A stretch of 64,000 nucleotides of DNA. Origin: Heptranchias perlo. Lineage: Eukaryota. Shown one piece after another: positions 53,165-64,000 of this stretch (the first letter of the stretch is position 1; the number at the start of each line of letters is the position of its first letter). The notes beneath the pieces were generated by a model. It made no database searches. It was not told where the DNA came from and saw nothing but the letters and a program-made list of their open reading frames with translations. The position numbers and the translations under genes are program-made. The DNA lies in NCBI RefSeq assembly GCF_035084215.1, contig NW_027139442.1, positions 5,146,001 through 5,210,000 of the forward strand, in the 5' to 3' direction.

Positions 53165-54090
53165 AGTGGGTATAGCTTATACTGAGGAAAAATACAACAA
53201 CATAAAAAAAGAGTTTAATAAGCTTGCTGAAAGGCTTGTAAATGGGCATTGAATTTCCATATTGAAAGGTGTGAGGTGGTGCATTTCGCTCGGGGGAATA
53301 AGGAGGCCACATCCTGCTTGGAAAATAAAAGTCTAAATGGGGTGGAAGAGCAACGGGATTTAGGGGTATAGATTGACAAATCATTAAAAGTAGCAACACA
53401 GGTTGATAAGACCATAAAAATCAAACACAGCACATTCTAGAGGAATAGAATTGAAAAGCAGATAAGTTATGTTGAACTGAAATTTAAACTGTCAAACCTT
53501 CTGCCAAACTATTAAACCTTCCCTTTCTGAAATCCGTGCTGACTATTCTTTATTATATTTTTGGTTTCTAGATGTTTTTCTATTGCATCATTGAATAAAA
53601 GATTCCATGATCATTCCTACCACCGACCTTTAGATAACTGGTCTTTAGTTCCCTGGATTTGATCTATCTCCTGTTTCAAAATATAAGAATCACATTAACT
53701 GTCATCCAGTCCTCTGGCACTATTCCTTTCTGTAATAATTTTTCCTATATATGTAACAGTGCCTCTGCTATCTCTTCCCTTGTTTCATTTAATATGTGCG
53801 GATGCAATCCATCTGGACCAGGAGTTCTACCACCCTTTCTAACTTAAATGCCTTGATATCTTTATTGACCTCTTCCTCTAATATCAGATTCACCCTGTTA
53901 ATCTCCCGGGTAAATAGTGAGGGAAAGTAATAATTCAATATTTGTGGCATTTCGGTGACGTTACCTGTGAGTTTATCTTGTGAATCCCTTAGTGGCCCTC
54001 AAGATATTCTGATTTTCCTTTTGTTATTTTTGTGTCTGTGGAATAATTTACTTTTACTTTTTATATTCCTTGATAATTTGATTTCGTGGT
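53165..54090. mobile_element. decayed CR1 ORF2 fragments (third copy of 5880-6810)
   Basis: Reverse-complement similarity to 5880-6810. Confidence 0.7.
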
Positions 54091-55129
54091 TCCTGTTTTC
54101 TTCCCTAATTGTTTTTGTGACTTCTTCCTAACCTCTTCCGATTCGCTTTTGCCATCCCCTTATTTAATATCTATGAATGAGAAATTCCACCAGCTTGTTG
54201 TGTCTGTTCAGGGGCTGATGTTTTGTAACGATTTATTGTCTGTGATTAAAGTGCCAGAAACCCAGTCCGAAATTCCACAGAAACACACTATTTCTCTCTC
54301 CTCGTGAAATAAGGCGCTATAATGGTGAGTATAGATGCCTTCCAAACAGTTAATTCCAACAGGTTTGAATCCTAGCACGCTGAATTCAGAAACACCAAGA
54401 CTGGAACCGAATTTGATGATGTTCAGAGCGATACTGTTTCCAAACGGGTCTAATTTATATAAAAAAATACTTCTAAAATTCATTTTTTCCCTCATAACGA
54501 TGAATTTAACTCTGTTCCTTTGTATTGTTATTTGCCCTGATCTGTACTGTGGATACAGGACACAATTGCCCGGATTAGTGAAATTAATTGATTTTCTGAA
54601 GTTTTTCCCTCTGCCGATTCCCGTTCCTTATTTAAATTATGTCGGATTAACCTTTCTGATCTATAGAAGGGTCATTGACCTGAACCGTTAACCCGAGCTT
54701 CCCTTTTCCACAGATGCTGCCGGACCTGCTGAGTCTTTCCAGCATTTTCGGTTTTCATTTTTTCTATATTTTATCCCTTTCACTTTTGACGGTCGCCATT
54801 GAAACTTCCAGATTTGCGCTCGGTTTTTATTTTTGTTTCAGTTCGGTTTATTTGAATTAATATAAATCGTGTCCTGAGAAATCGGACAGAAATATTGAGC
54901 AATGTATACTGAAATATGCTGGGGCAATTTTCAAACGATCAAAACAAAAACTTTATTAAGAATCAATTGTCCAATTTTTCACTGACAAAATATGAAAAAA
55001 TACGAGAGTAGAAGTTACAGAGAGAAACTATTTCCTCACATTGCACATTGTCCTGAATCTGTAACAACGAAGATAATGTGAATTTGTTCCACTCTGTTAC
55101 AGTTCTCACTTATGGCCAGTAGATGTCAG

Positions 55130-57200
55130 ACTGTATGAGAGTGTGGGATTAATTCTGTCTGTCAGTCAGCATTTGAGTGTGATATTCATTCTTTATCGGT
55201 CAGTCTCCAGTACAGTCTGTAAGTGCGGGATTCATTCTGTATCTGTCACTCTCTGGTGCTATCTGTGAGTGTGATATTAATTCTGTATCCGTCAGTCTCC
55301 AGTACAGTCTGTGAGTGTGGGATTCATTCTGTATCTGTCAGTCTCTGGTGCTATCTGTGAGTGTGGGATTAATTCTGTATCTGTCAGTCTCTGGTACCGT
55401 GTGTGAGTGTGGGATTCATTCTGTATCTGTCAGTCTCTGGTACTGTGTGTGAGTGTGGGATTCATTCTGTATCTGCCAAACTCAGGTACTGCAGGTGAGT
55501 GTGGGTTTCATTCTGTATCTGTCAGACTCTGGTACTGTATGTGAGTGTGAGATTCATTCTGTATCTGTCATTCTCCGGTACTGTATGTGAGTGTGAGATT
55601 CATTCTGTATCTGTCACTCTCTGGTACTTTGTGTGAGTGTGGGATTCATTCTGTATCTGTCAGTCTCTGATACTGTCTGTGAATTTGAGATACATTCTGT
55701 ATCTGTCAGTCTCTGGTACTGTGTGTGAGTGTGGGATTCAATCTGTATCTGTTAGACTCTGGTACCTTATGTGAGTGTGAGATTCATTCTGTATCTGTCA
55801 ATCTCTGGTTCTATCTGTGAGTGTGGGATTCAATCTGTGACTGTCAGTCTCTGGTATTTTATCTCAGTTGGGGATTCATTCCGTAACTCAATCTCTGGGC
55901 AAATTGCAAGTCTGGATTCGTTCTGTAGTCTTATTTCATGTTACAGTATGGTGCTTGAAACTGTTTCTTTAATTCATTAACGTAAACAAATCTTTTGTGT
56001 GGCATTAATTTGTAAATATGGATACACTTTTGGATTTTGTTTCAATCTAACAACGTGTGTGAATTTTGTTGTAGGATTACATCTTCATCTCTGAAGATAA
56101 TGTACATTTCAATCTTATACTGTGAAATTATTGCACTGCCATTTATTGTGTAGCTCAGTCTGGGCGAATGGAATTGATATTGTATCTTTCAGTCTGACAC
56201 TGTATGAGATTTTTAGACTGGTATGTAATCTGTGGTTCTGTCTGTACTAATGGAATTGACATTCTAACTTTCAGTCAGACACTGCAAGAGATTTTTGGAC
56301 TGGTTTGTAATGTGTAGCTTTGTCTACACTAATAGGTTTCATACTGTATGTTTTAGTATGATAATGTATGAGATTTTTGGACGGTATATAATGTGTAGTT
56401 CAGTCTGCACTAATGGAATTCATACTGTACCTTCCAGTCTGATACTGTGTAATATATTTAGGCTGGTTTGTAAGGTGTCGTTCACTCTTCACTAATGGAA
56501 TTGATACTGTATCTTTCAGTTTGACACTGAATGTGACTTTTGGACTGGTATCTAATGTGAACCTCAGTCTGCACTAATGGGATTGATACTGTATCTTGCA
56601 GTCTGATACCGTGTGAGATTTTTGTACTGGTATATTGCTTGTAGATCAGTCTGTACTAATCAAATCGATAGTTTATACCTCAGTATGATACTGTACGTGA
56701 TTTTTAGACAAGTATCTAATGTAAACCTCTGTCTGCAGTAAAGGAATTGATACTGTGCCTTTCAGTTGGACACAATGAGATTTTTGGACAGGTAACTAAT
56801 GTGTACCTCAGCCTGCACTAATGGGATTGATACTGTATCTTCCAGTACGAGACTCTATGTGAATTTTGGACTGGTATATAATGTGTAGCTCAATCTGCAC
56901 TGATGGAATTGATTCTGTATTTTTCAACCTGACACTGAGATTTTTGGACTGGTATGTGACGTGTAGCTCAGTCTGCACTAATGGGATTGATACTGTATCT
57001 TTCAGTCTCATACTATATGAGAATTTTGGACTGGTATCTAATGTGTACCTCAGTCTGCAGTAAAGGAATTGAAATGGACATTTCATTCTGACACTATGAG
57101 GTTTTTGGACAAATATGTGAGTCAAATTTGGGTAACATCTGAACTGGTATCTAATGTGTATCTCAGTGTACAATGTGGTCATGAATACTGCATCTTTAAA
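55130..57200 (-). repeat. 46-bp (55130-55960) and 82-bp (56100-57200) satellite arrays, inverted
   Basis: Tandem GTGAGTGTGGGATTCATTCTGTATCTGTCAGTCTCTGGTACT copies, then 82-mers. Confidence 0.88.
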
Positions 57201-58869
57201 CTCATAATGTGTGTGAGTTGTGGGCTGGTATTTAATTTGAATCTCGGGGTACACTATTGTGATTCATTCTGTACCTATCAATCGGTCCCATGTGTCAGGT
57301 CCATCTGGGATTTAATTTGTAGCTAAGGCTGAACTAATGTGAGATTGACACAGTGCCTTTCAATCTGATAGTGGGTGTGATTTTGGACTGGGAATTATTT
57401 ATCTGCCGGTCAGCGGTACTGAGTTGTTGTGAAATGGAAATTCCGTCTGTCTCTCCTGCTCTGTTTGACTGTTGGATTGGGATCAGTGTGGGACTGACTA
57501 TTTCTGCTGTCTGAGACTGTGGGACTGGTGACCTGTCTGTGTCTCTGTGCTTTGTGAGTGATAATGTACCTACTGTGTGTGAGAAGGAGCTGGCTGCACT
57601 GCTCCTTGTGCCTCGGGTGGAGTAAACATCAGACTGATTCTGGGTCCTTCAAGGATTTGCCTGGAGGAAGAAAAAATATCGCTTGTAACTTAACAACAGG
57701 TGAAGTAGAAAATACAAAAGTGATCAATTGAATCTCTCTGTTAATAATCACGATAACATCCACAAATGGAAACCAGCGATACAAACAGTGTCAGTGTCTG
57801 ACTCCACGACAGTACTGCATCACTCAGCTTCTGCACACCAGGTGTGTTGGGCTGTTTTACAACAATTTAATGACATGCAGACACAACCCAACCCCTGCAC
57901 TGTTCCATGAATGGGAGTACCCGATGGGGCGGGGACCTTTGTACAGGTCATGTTTCTAATCCCCTCTCCCATGGGACTAACAATTAAACCGAAACAATAC
58001 AGCCACTATTAAAAATGTGTCCTTCAAACTTCTCACCTGATGGCTGCAATAGGTGCTCTTTTTATAACTCCCCATATCCTTATTGTCCGGTTCTGTTCAC
58101 TGTTCAATAACAAACTCTAAAATTTAATGGGCAGGTATGAAAAATCAGATTTTATTGTTGCCACCAATTGCAAACACGCTCACACTGCACATTATCCGGT
58201 TTCAACAATTTGGACCGAAATGTTGCAGTTCTGCTTCTGGCCAGTAGATGTCCCCAAGCCCCGCGACATTGAAGTTTGCAGATGAGAGAGGGACAGAAGA
58301 TAAACTCATTCTTCACATTATATTGCACGAGTGAGATTTAGAAAGACTAGTAATGGAGACGTGCTGCAAGTACATTTTGTTAGACCAAACACTATTTGTA
58401 ATGCTGTGTTAAATTCTTCGAATTAATTTAGGGTTATTGTCGATACTGAGGAAGAATGTGACAAAATAAACTTACAGAACGGCCGTGTAAATGGCCATTG
58501 AATTTCAATATAGAAATGTGTGAGGTGGTGCGTTTCACTTGGGGGAATAAGGAGGCCACATACTGCATGGAAAAGAAGAGTCTAAACGGGGTAGAGGAGC
58601 AATGTAAATCGTGTCCTGAGAAATCAGAGAGAAATACTGTGCAATGTAAAGTGAAATATAATGGGGCAAATTCACAACTATCGAATGAGTAAAACAATAC
58701 CTTATTATGAATCAATTGTCTTCATTTTTCACTGTCATAATATGCAAAAATACGAGAGTAGTAGTTGCAGACGGAGACTTTCCTCACATTGCATTGTCCT
58801 GTTTCTGTAACCATGACAAATGATGTGAATTTGTCCCCCTCTTTTACAGTTCTCGCTTACGTCCAGTAG

Positions 58870-60790
58870 AGGTCAGTCTCAGGTACTGTGTACGAGAGTG
58901 GGGTTTATTCTCTGTCTGCCTGTCTCTGGGACTGTGCATGAGAGTGGGGTTTATTCTCTACATGTCTGACTCTGGTACTGTGCGTGAGTTTGGGATTCAT
59001 TCTGTATCTATCAGTCTCCACTACTGAGTGTGAGCGTAGGGTATATTCTGCATCTGTCAGTCGAAGGTACTGTATATAAGTGATGGATTCATTCTGTATC
59101 TGTCTTTCTCAAGCACCTGTCAGTCTCTGGTACTATCTGTGAGTGTTGGATACATTATGTATCTGCCATTTTCTGCTATTTTATCTCAGTGTGGGATTCA
59201 TTCTGTAATTCAGTATCTGAGAAAATGTGCAAGTCTGTATTCATTCTTTATTCTTATTTCAGATTACAGTATCGGAATTTGAAACTGTATTTTTAATACT
59301 TTAAAGTACATACAGTTCTTCGAGTATTTAATTTATTAATATGGATACACTTTTCGATTTTCTTTAATCAAACAACGGGTGTGAGTTTTGGAGTTGTGTT
59401 ACATCTTAATCTCTGAACTCTATTGTGAATGATAATGTACTTTTCAGTCTGTTTATGTTGAAATCAATGGACTGGTATGTAATGTGTAGGTCAGTCTGCA
59501 ATAATGGGATTAAGTCTGTATCTGAGTCTAACACTGTATGAGATTTTTGGACTGGTATGTAATATGTAGCTCATCCTGCACTAAAGGAATTGATACTGTA
59601 TCTATCAGTCTGATATTGTATGAGATTTTTGGACTGGAATGTGATGTGTAGCTCAGTCTTCAATAATGGAAGTGATATTGAATCATTCAATCTGATACTC
59701 GATGAGATTTTTGGACTGGTGAGTAACATATAGTTCAGTCTGTGCTAATGAATTTGATGTTGTATCTTTGAGTCTGATACATTATGAGATTCATGGACTG
59801 CTATATAATGTGTGGCTCAGTCTGCACTCATGGAATCGATAATCTCTCTTTCAGTCTAATATTTTATGGGATTTTCAGTCTGGGATGTAATCTACAGGTC
59901 AGGCAGTGCTAATAGTATTGAAGCCGTATATTCCAGTCTGATCATTTATGAGGTTTTTGGACTAGTATATATTGTGTAGCTCAGTCTGTACCAAAGGTAT
60001 TGATAATGTTTATTTCAGTATAATACTCTATGAGTATTTACCAATATATCTAATATGTAGCTCAGTCTGCACTAATGGAATTGATACAGTATCTTTCAAT
60101 CTGACACTTTGAGATCTTTGGACTGGTATGCAATGTGTAACTCAGTCTGCAGTAATGTGACTGTGACATTCATTCTGTATCTGTCAGTTTGTGGTACTGT
60201 GTGTGAGTGAGATTCATTCTGTATCTGTCATCTCTGGTACTGTGTGTGTACGTGGGATTCATTCTGTATCTGTGCGTCTCTGTACTGTATCTGAGTGTGA
60301 GATTCATTCTGTATCTGTATGTAATTATTTTCTCCGATTACATTATGGTATTCAATACTGTACTTTAATATCATAATGTTTAAATAATTTTTCTCATTAT
60401 TTAATTGGTAAATTTGGATAAACTTCAGGATTTGATGCTGGAGGTTTTAATCAGATAATTTGTGTGCTTTTGGACTACTATTAAATCTGTATCTCTGTGA
60501 GTAATATTGTGAATGATAATATATCTTTCAAACTGACATGTTGACATTTTTGAATTGCTATATAATGTGTAGATCAGTCTGCACTAAAGGAATTGATACT
60601 GCATTATTAAATTTTATTTTATAACATTTTTGGACTGGTATGTAATGTGTATCTCAGTCTGTGCTAATAGAATTGATAATGTATCTTTAAATCTCATACT
60701 ATGAGTATATTATAAACTGGTATCTAATTTGTTTCTCAGGTTACACTGTCACCGCATTTCTCAATCTGATACTGTACATGAGTTTTGGAC
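58870..60790 (-). repeat. mosaic of 46-bp and 82-bp satellite arrays, inverted
   Basis: Same units; 59936-59995 is the reverse complement of positions 1-60. Confidence 0.82.
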
Positions 60791-63249
60791 TGGCAATTTG
60801 TATTCGAATGGGACACTATTCGAATGGATACTGCATGATTAAACTCACGTGTGTGTGAGTTCTGGGCTAGTATTCAATTTGAATCTCGGGGTATCTGGTA
60901 CTTAATTCATGGCTAATGTTGCCCTTTTGTGAAATTGACAATCTGATAGTGTGATTTTGGGCTGGGATTTTTGTATCTACCTGTCAGCGGGACTGAGTTC
61001 GGGAGAAATGGAACAGTGTCTGCCTCACCTGCTCTGTTTGACTGTTGGATTGAAAATGTGTCTCTGGAACTTTGGGATCAGTGTGGGACTGACTACTTCT
61101 GCTGTCTGAGACTGTGGAACTGATGAGCTGTCTGTGTCTCCGTTCTCTGTGAGTGATAATATACATACTGTGTGTGATAAGGAGTTGGCAGCACTGTTCC
61201 TTTGCCTCGGGTGGACGAAATTTCACATTTGTTCTGGCTCCTTCAAGGGTTTGCCTGTAAAAAGAAACGTATCTGTTGTAACTCAAGAACAGGTGAGGTG
61301 GAAAATACAAAACTGATCAGTTTAATATCTGTTAATAATTATTTTGAATATCCAAAAATGAAAACCAGCGATACAAACAGTATCAGTATCTGACTCCACT
61401 GCAGTACTGCAGCACTCAGCTTCTGCGCACCAGGTGTGTTGGGCTGCTTTATAACAATTTAGAGAAGTCCAGACACAACCCAACCCCTGCACTGATCCAT
61501 GAATGGGACGACGTGATGTGCGGGTCAGGTTACCAATCTCCTCACCCAGGGGACTAACCGTTCAACTGAAACCAAACAGCCGTTGTTTAAAATGTGTCCT
61601 TCACACTTCTCAACTGAGGCCTGCAATAATATGCTCTTTGTATAACTCCCCACATCCTTACTGTCCGGCTCTATTTCCACTCTTCACTGTCCAATAACAA
61701 CAAACAGGGTGAGGCTGGAACTAAACCAGGAACATTCACTGCTGGTTTGGGGAGAGAAAGCATCAATGATTTTAAATAGTAGGTTCTTACCATTCTGTCT
61801 CCCTTCCCCTGGACACACCCTGTACACACACAGCCCGAGAATGACCTCTCCCTTCCACCGCTCACTCCATGTTCCGGGACCAGTTCCTGATCCACTCCGC
61901 CTCTTACGAAAAGCCCCCGGACTCCCCCTGACCTTCCCCCGGACTCAATGCCGATCTCTGAGCCCATCTGCGGACACGGTCCCGATGCGATGAGCTGCTG
62001 TAACGAGGCTGCTCTTTGCTCCCTTCCCCCGGGGGCCGTGATATCTCCATTCCCGGCTGTTTTAAACCATCTTCTTCCTCTCACTGAGGGAATGGCGCCC
62101 ACAGGCCGAGCTGGGGGAGGGGAGCGCGCATGCGCTCTTCTGCTCACCAACAACCAGCGCTGGGGGCTGGGCTGAATCACGCATGCGCAGATATCTGGTA
62201 TAATTCCCAATACAAAAATCGATGGAAACTTTCCCCAATTGGAATTTTTCAGAGTCTGAGCAAAGGAAGTGGGTCTGGGGGAAAGGTCAGAGGGAATGGG
62301 GTCCACAGGCAGTGCAGGAACAGGCACCAGAATGGGAAACAGATGGGATTCCACCAGTGCATAACGCTGGAATCCAGACTGACTTTACAATCTCTAACTA
62401 TTAAACGAGATGTTTCCATCCCTGCTGTTCCTGTCAATATCTTTTGATGGTAAAGAGCCTTTCATAGATAAAGTGGGCGGCTGTGGAATGAGCCAAAGGA
62501 TCCAGTTCAATTTTGGCCCCTCTGCTGATAAATAAACGTGTGACTCCGAAACTGGAGGGAGGATTTCTCAAACCAATCCTGGAGAAATATGGGAGGAAAG
62601 TGGGACTTGGTGTATTTTCTGAGACCGTGTAGGATTAATATCTAACAGCAACAGACCCAGATTAATTTAACCGGAGTGAAATTCTCGGTCACTAAGAGTA
62701 ATATCGAACAGCCTTGAGCTGCAAAACTTCAGATGGTACAACAGGCAAAAGAGGGTTCAATGTGGCCCATTGTTTTTGTCACTCTGCACTGTCCCTGAGT
62801 GTGGGATTAATAGTGTGTCTGTCCCTTGTATAATATCAGTGAGAGATTAGATTGCATCTTCTGTCTCTCCAACGCGATCTTTCTGCATAAAACGGAACTT
62901 TACCGGTCAGTCTGGAACTAATACTGTTTACGTCTGTCTGTCACTGTGTCTCACCGCTCTCTGTCTCTCTCACCGTGTCTGCCTCCCTCTCTCTCGCTGG
63001 TGCTGAATATGAAGGTGGATATTGCTATTGTGCGTGATTTAGACACTGATAGGAGTGTAAGACTGATACTGTTTCTCTCTCTCCAGTGCTGGACATGAAG
63101 GTGGGATACTATCTGATATAAAACAGGGAGAAGGAGATGTCCGGGCCGGGCCGCACTGTAACTGGGGATGTGTTCGGCTTCAGTCCCAGTTCATGGTCAT
63201 TATCTTTTCACAGATTGAGGGCGAGTGTCTTTGTCAGGCGGTAACGCTG

Positions 63250-63755
63250 GCGAAGCTACTTTTAGTTGCCACTTTTAGTAATTTGTGTATCTGTAGCTCT
63301 CGATCCCATTGCTCCTCTATCCTGTTTAGACTTATTATCCAAACAATATGTGAGCTCCTTATTCTTCATTCTGCAAGTTTATTAATGTCCTATTGCATTT
63401 TGACACATTCTTCCCTTGTATTAACTGTACCCCCCAATTTGGTATCATCGTCAAATTTTGAAATTGTACTTCTGATTCCCGAATCCAAATCGTTAATGTT
63501 AATTGTGAACAGCCGTGGTCCCAGCACTGATCCCTGTGTTAAACCACTTCCCACTTTTTGCCACTCTAAGCAGCTAACCGTAACCCCTATTCTCTGTTTT
63601 CTGTTTTGTCGCCAGCTTGCTATCCATTCCGCTACCTGTCCCCTGACTCCACGTACACTGAACTTTAACATGATTCTACAATGCGGTACCTGATATAAGG
63701 CTATCTGAAAATCCAAATGTATTACATCTACCAGGTTACCCTTATTTACTCTTAC
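63250..63755 (-). mobile_element. CR1-type LINE RT fragment
   Basis: ORF 63390-63716: MDFQIALYQVPH..GLTQGSVLGPRLFTININDLD..SKFDDDTKLGG (decayed RT). Confidence 0.85.
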
Positions 63756-63766
63756 TGTTAATTAGT

Positions 63767-64000
63767 TATAGAGTTATAGAGTTATACAGCACGGATAGAG
63801 GCCCTTCGGCCCATCGTGTCCGCGCCGGCCATCAGCCCTGTCTACTCTAATCCCATATTCCAGCATTTGGTCCGTAGCCTTGTATGCTATGGCATTTCAA
63901 GTGCTCATCCAAATGCTTCTTGAATGTTATGAGGGTTCCTGCCTCCACAACCCTTTCAGGCAGTGAGTTCCAGACTCCAACCACCCTCTGGGTGAAAAAG
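63767..64000 (-). mobile_element. 3' end of a younger CR1 LINE with an 8-bp repeat tail (runs off the window)
   Basis: (GTTATAGA)n tail, GGCCCTTCGGCCC hairpin region, and ORF2 C-terminus FFTQRVVGVWNSLPERVVEAGTL on the minus strand. Confidence 0.85.

Overview
Vertebrate replication-dependent histone gene cluster, probably from a cartilaginous fish (inferred from repeat content). It holds 14 intact intronless histone CDSs (4 H2B, 3 H2A, 2 H3.2, 3 H4, 2 divergent H1), each followed by the histone 3' stem-loop. The genes sit in segmentally duplicated units separated by two related satellites (46 bp and 82 bp) and decayed CR1/L2/Penelope relics. A quintet H2B>H2A><H3<H4<H1 (7.3-12.8 kb) is mirrored by an inverted copy (42.8-52.7 kb). 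In that copy the H2A coding region is gone and a ~4.9 kb near-full-length CR1 LINE lies in sense orientation between the retained H2A promoter/5'UTR and the retained H2A stem-loop/HDE. The LINE has an intact Zn-finger/esterase ORF1, an ORF2 with nonsense codons and 68-bp 5' repeats, and a Penelope-type hammerhead ribozyme motif sits at its 5' junction. Other oddities: an orphan H4 stem-loop behind H1, orphan histone promoters, CDE/CHR elements at core-histone promoters, a hypervariable H2B residue, an H2A L33H variant, and a multi-copy CpG promoter with conserved splice sites in the spacers. All calls come from reading the sequence; no database search was run.
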